Assembly: GCA_030611385.1 (NCBI GenBank)
Contig: JAUWPV010000003.1
Location: 18,996 to 82,995 of the forward strand
From: Bacillota bacterium
GTDB lineage: Bacteria; Bacillota; Dethiobacteria; DTU022
DNA length: 64,000 bases
Reading direction: 5' to 3'
Position 1 is the first letter of the stretch. Each line of letters opens with the position of its first letter. The notes under the pieces are model-generated. The model was not told where the DNA came from. It worked only from the letters and a program-made list of their open reading frames with translations, and made no database searches. Below, piece after piece: positions 21,677 to 31,456 of the stretch. Made by a program: the position numbers and the translations under genes.

Positions 21677-22714
21677 ATGAGTGATCTGATGGATTACCGC
21701 AAAGCCGGGGTGGATATTGAAGCCGGTGAAGCGGCGGTAGAACGGATTAAGGGAGCAGCCCGCTCAACCTTTCGGCCGGAAGTGCTGCAGGGGCTGGGCG
21801 GTTTCGGCGGATTATTTGCGCCCCTCTTGAAGGGTCTGCATGAGCCGGTGTTGGTGGCCGGCTGTGACGGGGTCGGCACAAAATTGAAGCTGGCCTTTGC
21901 TGCCTGCAGGCACAAAACCATTGGTATCGACTGCGTGGCGATGTGTGTTAACGATATTCTGGTCCAGGGGGCGGAACCCCTGTTTTTTCTTGACTACCTG
22001 GCGGTAGGAAAACTCAATCCAGATCAGGTTGAGGAAATCATCACCGGTGTGGCCGAAGGCTGTCGCCAGGCCGGCTGCGCCCTGCTTGGTGGAGAGACTG
22101 CAGAAATGCCGGGCTTTTACCCACCCGGAGAATATGACCTGGCCGGTTTTGCAGTTGGTCTGGTTGATCGTTCCACCATTGTCGACGGCTCCGCAATTTC
22201 TTCAGGCGATGTGATCATCGGATTGGCTTCAACCGGTCTGCACAGCAACGGTTATTCCCTGGCCCGGAAGGTTTTATTGGAAGAAGAAGGTCTTCTGCTC
22301 GCCGATCTGCAGCCAGAACTCGGGGTAACCCTGGCTGAAGAGATGCTCAAGCCGACCCGGATCTATGTTAAACCGGTTTTAGAAGCAATCAAGAAATTTC
22401 CGGTTAGCGGGATGGCCCATATCACCGGCGGCGGGCTGCCCGGTAATTTGCCGCGTATTCTGCCTAAAGGGTTGCAGGTTGAGATCGAATCAGAATCCTG
22501 GCCGGTAGCGTCAATATTTAAAATGATCAGCAACCTGGGTCCGGTAAGTCAGGTGGAGATGTTCCGGGCATTTAACATGGGCATCGGTTTCTGCCTGTTT
22601 GTCCCTGCAAAAGAGGTCACCCGGCTGATTGCCCATTTTGTCGATCACAACATTCCTGCTTACAAGATCGGCCAGGTCACCACCGGTCCGGGACAGGTTA
22701 TTATACTAACCTAG
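21677..22714 (+). CDS. purM: AIR synthetase
   Basis: Y..AGVDI, DGVGTKL, GGETAEMPG, GLHSNGYSL and HITGGG. Confidence 0.97.
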   Translation: MSDLMDYRKAGVDIEAGEAAVERIKGAARSTFRPEVLQGLGGFGGLFAPLLKGLHEPVLVAGCDGVGTKLKLAFAACRHKTIGIDCVAMCVNDILVQGAEPLFFLDYLAVGKLNPDQVEEIITGVAEGCRQAGCALLGGETAEMPGFYPPGEYDLAGFAVGLVDRSTIVDGSAISSGDVIIGLASTGLHSNGYSLARKVLLEEEGLLLADLQPELGVTLAEEMLKPTRIYVKPVLEAIKKFPVSGMAHITGGGLPGNLPRILPKGLQVEIESESWPVASIFKMISNLGPVSQVEMFRAFNMGIGFCLFVPAKEVTRLIAHFVDHNIPAYKIGQVTTGPGQVIILT

Positions 22715-22748
22715 CTGCAGTCAATAATGAATTACCGGGTTACTGCTT

Positions 22749-22775
22749 AAAGGAAGATAGCTAGTTAGGGAGAAT
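22749..22775 (+). promoter_or_regulatory. Sigma-H-like internal promoter upstream of purN
   Basis: AAAGGA-N17-GAAT. Confidence 0.45.
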
Positions 22776-22815
22776 TGATTTAAGGGTTGATGATCAGACC
22801 GGGAGGAACTTATCG

Positions 22816-23421
22816 ATGAAAAATATTGCTGTGCTCGCTTCCGGGGTTGGCAGCAATCTGGAAGCAATCCTCGAAGCTGTCGAAAGAGGCGAAGTTGCCG
22901 GGCGGGTTGTTTTGGCGATCAGTGATCAGGTGGAAGCTGCGGCCCTGGAAAAGGCCAGAGGGCACCGGATCAAAGCCCTTTTCCTGAGCCCAAAAAACTA
23001 TAATAGCCGTGAAGAATATGATCAAGCCCTGTTTGATCAGTTGAAAAAGACCCAAGTTGATCTGGTTGTCCTGGCCGGTTTTATGCGCCTCTTATCGACT
23101 TACTTTATCCGTTCTTTTCCACTGCAAATCATGAATATTCATCCTTCATTATTACCTGCCTTCCCCGGTCTTGATGGGGTGGAGCAGGCTTTAAATTATG
23201 GAGTTAAAGTAACCGGCTGCACGGTGCATTTTGTTGATGAAGGTCTTGACAGCGGCCCAATTATCCTACAGGAAGCTGTACCGGTGATCCAGAATGAGAC
23301 GATCATGACCCTCCAGCAGAGAATCCATGCTGCTGAACACCGCCTTTATCCAATAGCGATCGATCTTTTCTGTCGCGGCAAGCTGCAGGTGGAAGGAAGG
23401 CGGTGCTTTATCTTTGACTAG
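22816..23421 (+). CDS. purN: GAR transformylase
   Basis: ASG.GSNL, LAGFMR, NIHPSLLP and GCTVHFV...DSGPII. Confidence 0.97.
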   Translation: MKNIAVLASGVGSNLEAILEAVERGEVAGRVVLAISDQVEAAALEKARGHRIKALFLSPKNYNSREEYDQALFDQLKKTQVDLVVLAGFMRLLSTYFIRSFPLQIMNIHPSLLPAFPGLDGVEQALNYGVKVTGCTVHFVDEGLDSGPIILQEAVPVIQNETIMTLQQRIHAAEHRLYPIAIDLFCRGKLQVEGRRCFIFD

Positions 23422-24961
23422 ACAGCGGAGAGCATTGATCAGCGTTTCCGATAAGACCGGTATTGTCGAACTGGCTCGCGAACTGATCAGTCTTGGTTTC
23501 GAGATTGTTTCGACCGGCGGTACGGCGCAGAGTTTACATCAGGCCGGACTGGCAGTGACCGAAGTAGCTGAAGTAACCGACTTTCCGGAAATTCTCGGCG
23601 GCCGGGTTAAGACGTTGCACCCGCTGATCCATGCCGCCATCCTGGCTCGCCTGGATCGGGAAGACCAGAGGCAGGAACTTGAAGCATACGGAATCACCCC
23701 AATCGAGCTGGTGATCGTAAATCTTTATCCCTTTGAACAGACCATTGCCCGTGAAGAAACCGGGCATGAAGAAGCAGTGGAGAAAATAGATATCGGTGGA
23801 CCGGCTATGCTGCGGGCAGCGGCCAAAAATCACGCTCATGTAACTGTTCTGGTCAACCCGGATCGTTACAGCGAAGTGCTCGGAGAACTTAAGCAAAGCG
23901 GTTCAGTTAGCAGTGCGACCCGCATTCGCCTGGCGGCGGAAGTATTTAGTTATACTGCCGGTTACGATGCGGTGATAGCCGCTTATTTCAATGCCCGGCC
24001 AGATGCCGGAATGGAACTTTATCCCGACCGGTTGAGCCTCTCGTTCAAGAAGATGCAAAACCTGCGTTACGGTGAAAACCCCCAACAGGAAGCGGCATTT
24101 TATGCTTCGTCCGGTACAGCGACGGGCCTGGCGGCAGCGCGACAGATTCAGGGCAAAGAGATGTCATTTAACAACTTAAACGATCTGAATGCAGCCTGGG
24201 AACTGGTCCTTGAATTCGAGCAGCCGACTGCGGTGGCGGTCAAACATGCCAACCCTTGCGGGGTCGGTTCTGCCGCAACTCCAGAGGAGGCCTACCGGCT
24301 TGCTTTTGAAGCCGACCCGGTATCGATATTTGGTGGAATACTGGCTTTGAACCGGCTGGTTGAGGCGGCAGCTGCTTTGGAGATGCGTAAAGTGTTTTTA
24401 GAAGTGATCGCCGCTCCGAATTTTAGCAAAGAGGCCCGGTCGATTTTACGGGATAAAAAGGATCTACGTTTACTGCAGATGGAGACTGCAGCAAACAAAA
24501 TCGATTGTTTTGATATAAAAAAAATTACTGGTGGTATGCTGATCCAAACTAACGATCGTGAACCGATTGATCTGAAAGAAGGCCGGATCGTGACGGAAAG
24601 AAAGCCTTCTGCAGAGGAATGGGCCAGACTCGTCTTTACACAAACGGTTGTTAAGCATGTTCGCTCCAACGCTATTGTGATTGCCGGCAGTGGACAAACC
24701 TTTGGAATTGGCGCCGGCCAGATGAGTCGTATCGGTGCAGCCCGCATTGCTCTCAATCAGGCCGGAACAAAGGCCAGGGGCGCTGTTCTCGGTTCCGACG
24801 CTTTCTTCCCATTCAACGATACTGTTGAAGAGGCGGCCAAAGCCGGGATTACGGCAATCGTGCAACCCGGTGGTTCGCTGAAAGATCAGGATTCGATCGA
24901 TCTGTGTAACCAGCACGGTTTGACCATGATTTTTACCGCTCGCCGCTATTTTAAACATTAA
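23414..24961 (+). CDS. purH: Bifunctional AICAR transformylase / IMP cyclohydrolase
   Basis: ALISVSDK, GRVKTLHP, IDIGGP, LRYGENP, KHANPCG and SDAFFPF. Confidence 0.97.
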   Translation: MTRQRRALISVSDKTGIVELARELISLGFEIVSTGGTAQSLHQAGLAVTEVAEVTDFPEILGGRVKTLHPLIHAAILARLDREDQRQELEAYGITPIELVIVNLYPFEQTIAREETGHEEAVEKIDIGGPAMLRAAAKNHAHVTVLVNPDRYSEVLGELKQSGSVSSATRIRLAAEVFSYTAGYDAVIAAYFNARPDAGMELYPDRLSLSFKKMQNLRYGENPQQEAAFYASSGTATGLAAARQIQGKEMSFNNLNDLNAAWELVLEFEQPTAVAVKHANPCGVGSAATPEEAYRLAFEADPVSIFGGILALNRLVEAAAALEMRKVFLEVIAAPNFSKEARSILRDKKDLRLLQMETAANKIDCFDIKKITGGMLIQTNDREPIDLKEGRIVTERKPSAEEWARLVFTQTVVKHVRSNAIVIAGSGQTFGIGAGQMSRIGAARIALNQAGTKARGAVLGSDAFFPFNDTVEEAAKAGITAIVQPGGSLKDQDSIDLCNQHGLTMIFTARRYFKH

Positions 24962-25050
24962 TTATTAGTAGTCCACCTTAAGAATAAGATGAGCCCGGGG
25001 CTCAATATAAATATATGGTGATTATGCCGCTTGCAGAGGAGGCAGGTTTA

Positions 25051-26334
25051 ATGCGGGTTCTAATTGTTGGCGGGGGCGGTCGCGAGCATGTCCTGGCCTG
25101 GAAGTTAGCGCAGAGCCCTTTATTAGATAAGTTATATTGCGCGCCGGGCAACGCCGGTATTTCAGCGGTCGCCGAGTGCATCGATATTGCTGCGGATAAC
25201 ATTGAAGTCCTTAATAAATGGGCTGTGGAGAGTCAAATTGATCTGACTGTCGTCGGTCCCGAAGGACCGCTTGTCGGTGGTATTGCCGATAGTTTTCGCC
25301 GATCCGGATTAAAGGTGTTCGGGCCTGACCGTAAAGGGGCGTTACTTGAAGGCAGCAAGGTCTGGTCGAAACGTAAAATGAGACAGTGGGGTATTCCAAC
25401 GGGCGAATTTACAGTTTTTGACGATTTTGACGATGCCCGCCGTCATTTGGCCCGATTTTATGGTGAACCGGTGGTAATTAAGGCAGATGGCCTGGCGGCC
25501 GGCAAAGGGGTTACTGTAGCTTCAGGCCCCGCCGAAGCGGAGCAAGCCCTATACGACATTATGATTGAACGGGTTTTTGGTGATGCCGGCAAAAGGGTGA
25601 TCATCGAGAATTGTCTGCGCGGTGAAGAGGTTTCGGTTCTGGCGATAACGGACGGCAGAAACTTCGTGACGTTGCCCGCTGCTCAGGACCATAAGGTAAT
25701 TGGTGATGGTGACAAAGGACCGAACACCGGTGGGATGGGCGCTTATTCGCCGGCGCCAATCTATACAGCCGAACTGGCTCGTCGTACTGGCGAACTGGTT
25801 TTTCAACCGCTGCTTAAAGGTTTTAACGATAGCGGTATCGATTTTCGCGGAGTTATCTACGCCGGCCTGATGGTTTCGAAAAACCAGTTTAACGTACTCG
25901 AGTTTAATGTGCGTTTTGGCGACCCCGAAACACAGGCGATCATTCCCCGAATGCAATCCGACCTGCTGCCCCTGCTGTTGGCTGCGGCGGAGGGAGATCT
26001 TAAAGATATCCGGCTGGAGTGGAGCGATCATTCTGCCGTATGCGTGGTGTTCTCATCGGGTGGTTATCCCGGCAGATATACAACTGGCCATGTCATTGAT
26101 GGACTTGATGCGCTGGCAGAGGTAAAAGACGATCATGTAGCCGTTTTCCATGCCGGTACGGCCATTAAAGATGGACGGATAGTTACCGCCGGCGGTCGCG
26201 TGTTGGGAGTAACGGCCTGGGACAGCGACCTGCGAAAAGCCCTGCAAAGGGTCTACAGGGCTGCTGAACAGATCAAATTTGAAGGTATGTACTACCGCCA
26301 TGACATTGCCCGCAGAGCCCTCACAAAGCCGTGA
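25051..26334 (+). CDS. purD: GAR synthetase
   Basis: GGGGREH, KADGLAAGKGV, QDHK, GPNTGGMG and EFNVRFGDPE. ATG 25051 follows GAGGAGG. Confidence 0.97.
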   Translation: MRVLIVGGGGREHVLAWKLAQSPLLDKLYCAPGNAGISAVAECIDIAADNIEVLNKWAVESQIDLTVVGPEGPLVGGIADSFRRSGLKVFGPDRKGALLEGSKVWSKRKMRQWGIPTGEFTVFDDFDDARRHLARFYGEPVVIKADGLAAGKGVTVASGPAEAEQALYDIMIERVFGDAGKRVIIENCLRGEEVSVLAITDGRNFVTLPAAQDHKVIGDGDKGPNTGGMGAYSPAPIYTAELARRTGELVFQPLLKGFNDSGIDFRGVIYAGLMVSKNQFNVLEFNVRFGDPETQAIIPRMQSDLLPLLLAAAEGDLKDIRLEWSDHSAVCVVFSSGGYPGRYTTGHVIDGLDALAEVKDDHVAVFHAGTAIKDGRIVTAGGRVLGVTAWDSDLRKALQRVYRAAEQIKFEGMYYRHDIARRALTKP

Positions 26335-26368
26335 AAAAGCATCAGCGGGCAGTCAGAAGAGGTGAACA

Positions 26369-27550
26369 ATGAAATCGACTGTTATTGTCGGTTATGCACG
26401 CACTCCGTTTGGTAAATATTTAGGAGCTCTGCAGGATGTTCCGGCGGTGGAACTGGGTGCTGTTGCCATTAAAGAGGCGCTTCTTCGTTCCGGGGTCTCT
26501 GCAGACTGCGTCGATAATGTATTTATGGGTATGGTCGTTTCGGCCGGAGTCGGTCAGATTCCCTCCCGGCAGGCCACAATTAAAGCCGGCCTGCCCTATA
26601 CAGTTCCATCAGAAACAATTAATAAGGTTTGCGCTTCCGGCCTGCGTTCAGTTAACCTGGGTGATACCCTGATCAGAGCCGGCGAGGCATCTATAATAGT
26701 CGCCGGCGGTATGGAAAACATGAGTGCAGTGCCCTACTATTTAACGAAGGCACGAAATGGCTACAGAATGGGAAACGCACCAATTATTGACGGCCTGGTG
26801 CACGATGGATTATGGTGTCCGTTTCACAACGTACACATGGGAGTGCACGGCAGTGCGGTGCCGGCCGAACACGGAATAACCCGTGACGCCATGGACCGGT
26901 GGGCTCTGCGCAGCCATCAGTTGGCAGCCGAAGCAACAGAGAACGGCCGTTTAAGCGAGGAAATAATACCGATTACAGTATCCCAGCGAAAGGGAGATCC
27001 ACAGGTTGTTGTTTGCGACGAACTTCCGCGGCGGGATACAACCCTGGAGAAACTGGCTCAACTTCCACCGGCTTTTGAACCAGAGGGATTGATTACGGCT
27101 GGAAATGCCCCGGCGATCAGTGACGGAGCGGCAGCTCTGGTGCTGGTTTCCAGGACTCGCGCCCGCGAACTTGGTTTGGAACCGCTGGCGGAGATTATAG
27201 CTCAGGGAACAGCTTCATTGGAGCCGCGCTACATTGCCACGGTACCCTTTGAGGCAGCTCAAAAAGCTTTAAATAAAGCCGGCCTTTCGATCAGCCAGAT
27301 GAAGCTGATCGAAGTAAACGAGGCTTTTGCGGCAGTCGCTCTTACCAGCATCAAACTTGGCAGTTGGAATGAAAACCTGGTAAATGTCAATGGCGGGGCG
27401 GTTGCCCTGGGGCACCCGATCGGAGCCAGTGGAGCAAGAATATTATTAACATTGATTGTTGAACTGCACCGACGCGGTGGTGGTTACGGATTGGCTACAA
27501 TCTGCAGTGGAGCTGCTCAGGGAGAGGCAACGATTGTTAAAGTTGAGTAG
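26369..27550 (+). CDS. Acetyl-CoA acetyltransferase (thiolase)
   Basis: INKVCASG (catalytic Cys), NEAF, GHPIGASG and ICSG. Confidence 0.94.
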   Translation: MKSTVIVGYARTPFGKYLGALQDVPAVELGAVAIKEALLRSGVSADCVDNVFMGMVVSAGVGQIPSRQATIKAGLPYTVPSETINKVCASGLRSVNLGDTLIRAGEASIIVAGGMENMSAVPYYLTKARNGYRMGNAPIIDGLVHDGLWCPFHNVHMGVHGSAVPAEHGITRDAMDRWALRSHQLAAEATENGRLSEEIIPITVSQRKGDPQVVVCDELPRRDTTLEKLAQLPPAFEPEGLITAGNAPAISDGAAALVLVSRTRARELGLEPLAEIIAQGTASLEPRYIATVPFEAAQKALNKAGLSISQMKLIEVNEAFAAVALTSIKLGSWNENLVNVNGGAVALGHPIGASGARILLTLIVELHRRGGGYGLATICSGAAQGEATIVKVE

Positions 27551-27614
27551 CGGTGAATTTGCGGGCACTCGTTGAAAATTATGCTCGTGATCACTTTTCA
27601 TAGGGGAGTGCTGA

Positions 27615-28733
27615 ATGATCATGTTTACCCTATCTGAGTACCATCTTAATAAAAAAGAAGAGTTTCGGGAGTTTGCCGGGAAAGAGCTCGATCTCGGTGA
27701 TCACTTTCCGCGCGAAAATCTGCAAAAAGCCGCACAGAAGGGGTATTTAGGGCTGCCGATCCCCAAAGAATGGGGCGGTCAGGGTGAAGATTTTTTGACT
27801 TATATTTTGTTTATTGAAGAAATATCCCGGGTCTGTTCTTCTACCGGAGTGATCATAGCCGTACATACCTCTGTAGGAACTTTCCCAATGCTCTATTACG
27901 GAACCGATCAACAAAAATCTCGTTACCTGCCCGGCCTGGCCGGAGGTGAACTACTCGGTGCTTTTGCTCTGACTGAAGCCGGAGCCGGTTCCGATGCCGC
28001 TGCCCTGTCAACTACCGCGACCACAGTTGACGGCGGCTATTGTTTAAATGGTTGTAAGCTCTTTATTACTAGCGGTGGCGAAGCCGATATCTTTACAGTA
28101 TTTGCTACGGTCGATCGCTCCAGGGGCGTGAAGGGCATCACCGCTTTTCTGCTGGAGAAAGGCATGCCGGGCCTGACCTCTGGCCATCCGGAAAAAAAGA
28201 TGGGTTTGAACCGGTCTAAGACGACAGAGTTGCGAATGGAGGATCTTTTTGTTCCGGCAGCGAACAGACTTGGTAAAGAAGGTGACGGTTTTCAGATTGC
28301 CATGTCGCTGCTGGACGGAGGAAGAATTGGCATTGCCGCACAGGGTTTGGGATTGGCCCAGGCCGGTCTTGATTTCAGCACTGCTTATCTGAAGGAAGGC
28401 GAGGTTTCCGGCAGGAAAACGGAACAGTCGGTCAGTTTTGCCCTGGCTGATGTGGCCACCGGCCTGGAAGCGGCTCGTTTATTGGTCTACCGGGCGGCTG
28501 CAGTGAAAGATTCCGGGATGCGCTGCTCGAAAGAAGCCTCAATGGCCAAGCTGTTTGCTACCGATACCGCGATGGCGACAGCAACGCGCTGTATGGACTT
28601 GTGTGGACTTTCGACCGCGCTAATTGATCACCCATTGAATCGTTTTTTTTGTGATGCAAAAGCAACCCAAATCTATGAAGGATCCAATCAAATTCAGCGT
28701 ATTGTGATCGCCCGGGAGCTTTTAAGGTCCTGA
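27615..28733 (+). CDS. Acyl-CoA dehydrogenase subunit A (catalytic Glu kept, partner-FAD motifs lost)
   Basis: FALTEAGAGSDA, KLFITSG, LDGGRIGIAAQ and QIYEGSNQIQR are present. RxQFG and GGYG are absent. Confidence 0.88.
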   Translation: MIMFTLSEYHLNKKEEFREFAGKELDLGDHFPRENLQKAAQKGYLGLPIPKEWGGQGEDFLTYILFIEEISRVCSSTGVIIAVHTSVGTFPMLYYGTDQQKSRYLPGLAGGELLGAFALTEAGAGSDAAALSTTATTVDGGYCLNGCKLFITSGGEADIFTVFATVDRSRGVKGITAFLLEKGMPGLTSGHPEKKMGLNRSKTTELRMEDLFVPAANRLGKEGDGFQIAMSLLDGGRIGIAAQGLGLAQAGLDFSTAYLKEGEVSGRKTEQSVSFALADVATGLEAARLLVYRAAAVKDSGMRCSKEASMAKLFATDTAMATATRCMDLCGLSTALIDHPLNRFFCDAKATQIYEGSNQIQRIVIARELLRS

Positions 28734-28779
28734 ACAGAGGTTTTTGGGTGAGTGACCATTTAAACTGGAGGATAGCGCT

Positions 28780-29925
28780 ATGGATTTTATGCTGACTGAA
28801 GAACAGGAAATGACCAGGGAAATGGTCCACAATTTTGCTGAAAAAGAACTTAAGCCGGGAGTAGAAGAACGCGACGAACGCGAAGAATTTTCGCGAAAGT
28901 TATTCGACAATATGGGTCGACTTGGGTTGACTGGAATCCCGTGGCCTGAAGAATACGGGGGAGGCGGTTGCCATAATATTAATTATGTGATTGCCGTGGA
29001 AGAACTATCGCGGGTTGATGCGTCGGCCGGTGCCCTCCTTTCAACGCATATATCGCTGGCCGGATGGCCTCTCTTTAAATACGGCAGTGTTGAGCAGAAG
29101 AAGAAATACCTGCAGCCGATGGCCCTGGGCGAGAAGTTGGGGGCTTTTGCTTTAACAGAAGCCACTGCCGGCAGCGCTGCCGACTTACTGCAGACAACCG
29201 CAGTTCTTGACGGCGACAACTATCTGCTTAATGGGAATAAGATCTTTGTCAACAACGGTGGCGAAGCTGAGATCACTATAGTTATTGCCGTTACAGATCC
29301 AGAGAAAAAGGAAAAAGGAATCAGCGCTTTTATCGTTGAAAGAGACACTCCCGGTTATTATAACGGCAAAAAAGAGCATAAGCTGGGCCTGCGATCTTTA
29401 CCGACATCTGAACTTATTTTTGTCAATACACGGGTGCCTAAAGATAATTTACTGGGCAGCGCAGGCGAAGGGCATAAAATTGCTATAAATACGCTCGAAA
29501 ACGGTTCTAACGGCACTGCCGCCCAGGCGGTGGGAATTGCCCAGGGCGCCATGGAGGAAGCTGCGAAATATGCTATAAGCAGGGAGCAATTCGGTCAACC
29601 GATCGCCAACTTCCAGGCAATTTCTGATATGCTGGCTGACATGAGCACAAAAATTGCAGCATCACGCCTGCTGACTTACCAGGCCGCCTATTTGGAAAGT
29701 GCCGGGCTGCCTTATGGCGAGGCTTCGGCAATGGCCAGGGTTTTTTCTTCGGAAACAGCCATGGAAGTTACAACTAATGCAGTACAGATATTCGGTGGTT
29801 ACGGTTTTACACGTGATTATCCGGTAGAACGTTTTATGCGCGATGCCAAGGTTACCCAGATTTACGGAGGAACCATTGAAAGGCAGCGTTGTATTATAGC
29901 GCGTTATCTGTTAAACCAGGCTTAA
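28780..29925 (+). CDS. Acyl-CoA dehydrogenase subunit B (catalytic Glu lost, partner-FAD motifs kept)
   Basis: [12 protein letters not shown] and [20 protein letters not shown] are present. QIYGGT, GSAA and LENGSNG are degenerate. Confidence 0.88.
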   Translation: MDFMLTEEQEMTREMVHNFAEKELKPGVEERDEREEFSRKLFDNMGRLGLTGIPWPEEYGGGGCHNINYVIAVEELSRVDASAGALLSTHISLAGWPLFKYGSVEQKKKYLQPMALGEKLGAFALTEATAGSAADLLQTTAVLDGDNYLLNGNKIFVNNGGEAEITIVIAVTDPEKKEKGISAFIVERDTPGYYNGKKEHKLGLRSLPTSELIFVNTRVPKDNLLGSAGEGHKIAINTLENGSNGTAAQAVGIAQGAMEEAAKYAISREQFGQPIANFQAISDMLADMSTKIAASRLLTYQAAYLESAGLPYGEASAMARVFSSETAMEVTTNAVQIFGGYGFTRDYPVERFMRDAKVTQIYGGTIERQRCIIARYLLNQA

Positions 29926-29942
29926 GAAAGGAGCGCTAACAA

Positions 29943-30470
29943 ATGAATAAAAATAAGCCGGGTCTGATCATGGTTTTTACCGGTGACGGTAAAGGCAAAA
30001 CTACGGCCGCTGTCGGTCAGGCTGTACGGGCTCTGGGGCACGGTTTCCGTGTTTATATGATTCACTTCATGAAGGGACGTGATTACGGAGAATTTCTGGC
30101 CACTGCACAGATGCCAAACTTGACCGTGGTCCGGGCCGGACGTGATTGCTTTGTAAATCGCGAACACCCGGATCCAATTGATATCGAATTGGCCAGAGAT
30201 GGCTTCAGTAAAGCCGCAAAAACGGTTCTCAGTGGCGAATATGATCTGGTAGTCCTGGACGAAATCAATGTGGCCGTTGATTACGGTTTAATTGCGGAAA
30301 AAGATTTATTTAAGTTGTTGAAGAAAAAACCGGCCGGTGTGACGGTTATTTTAACCGGCCGGAACGCGTCTGCGGAATTGATTAAAATTGCCGATACAGT
30401 TAGCGAAATCCTGGCGATTAAACATCATTACGAACAGGGAGTAAAAAGCTGTCGGGGAATCGAGTATTAG
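29943..30470 (+). CDS. Cob(I)alamin adenosyltransferase, CobA/BtuR/CobO type
   Basis: TGDGKGKTTAAVG, LVVLDEI, ILTGRNA, and KHHY..G....GIEY. Confidence 0.92.
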   Translation: MNKNKPGLIMVFTGDGKGKTTAAVGQAVRALGHGFRVYMIHFMKGRDYGEFLATAQMPNLTVVRAGRDCFVNREHPDPIDIELARDGFSKAAKTVLSGEYDLVVLDEINVAVDYGLIAEKDLFKLLKKKPAGVTVILTGRNASAELIKIADTVSEILAIKHHYEQGVKSCRGIEY

Positions 30471-30487
30471 AAGCGAGAGGTGTTTAA

Positions 30488-31453
30488 ATGCAGCAACTGG
30501 TCACAGAATTGTTACAGGGTAACCGGCGTGCAGCAGCACGTCTCATTTCTCAGATTGAAAATGACGATCCGCAGAAGACGGATCTGCTGAAAGAAATATA
30601 TCCACATACCGGCAGGGCTTATGTTATCGGTATAACCGGAGCGCCAGGCTCGGGGAAAAGTTCTCTGGTAGATTGCCTGCTGCAGCAGATGCGCAGCGAC
30701 GGCCTGACGGTAGGAGTGATTGCCGTTGACCCGACCAGCCCCTTCAGCGGCGGGGCCATACTGGGTGATCGCATTCGCATGCAGGATCATGCTCTTGATC
30801 CGGGCGTTTTTATCCGCAGTATGGGCACCAGGGGTAGCCTGGGCGGATTATCCCGGGCGACCGGGGAAACAATCCAGGTTCTCGACGCCTATGGAAAGAA
30901 TCTGGTTCTTGTTGAAACGGTTGGGGTTGGCCAGTCGGAAATTGATATCGTTAAAGCTGCCGATACCACTCTTGTAGTGCTCACTCCGGCCGGCGGTGAC
31001 AGCGTACAGACGATCAAGGCCGGGATCATGGAGATAGCGGATATTTTTGTAATCAACAAGTGCGATCTGCCCGGATCGGACCGGACAGCTGCCGAAGTAA
31101 ATATGATGATTGATATGAAAAACGGTGAATCGTGGCGGCCACCGGTGATATCCACAAACGCGGTCAGCAATATTGGCATAGATCAGCTATGGGCTGCACT
31201 GCTCGAACACCGCGGTTACATGGAGAAAAGCGGTCGACTTTTGGAAACGCGCCGCCAGCGGGTCAGACGAGAATTGACCGAACAGGTTGAATACCTGGTT
31301 AAAAAACGAATCTGGGACCGGGTTAAAGAAAAGATAGAGTTCAACGACATGGTTGAAAAAATAGTTCAGCATCAGCAAGATCCTTACAGCACAGCACACG
31401 AACTTCTGGAAAAGATAAAATTTTATAATGGAATAGTCGGAGAGGATGGTTAA
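30488..31453 (+). CDS. meaB: MeaB/ArgK-family GTPase chaperone of the B12 mutase
   Basis: GITGAPGSGKS, AVDPTSPFSGGAILGDRIRM, ETVGVGQSE and INKCD. Confidence 0.94.
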   Translation: MQQLVTELLQGNRRAAARLISQIENDDPQKTDLLKEIYPHTGRAYVIGITGAPGSGKSSLVDCLLQQMRSDGLTVGVIAVDPTSPFSGGAILGDRIRMQDHALDPGVFIRSMGTRGSLGGLSRATGETIQVLDAYGKNLVLVETVGVGQSEIDIVKAADTTLVVLTPAGGDSVQTIKAGIMEIADIFVINKCDLPGSDRTAAEVNMMIDMKNGESWRPPVISTNAVSNIGIDQLWAALLEHRGYMEKSGRLLETRRQRVRRELTEQVEYLVKKRIWDRVKEKIEFNDMVEKIVQHQQDPYSTAHELLEKIKFYNGIVGEDG

Positions 31454-31456
31454 GTG

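Noticed and set aside
27615-29925. Calling either ACAD a pseudogene
   Set aside because: Both ORFs are near full length with an RBS and no frameshifts or stops. The losses are confined to complementary functional motifs.
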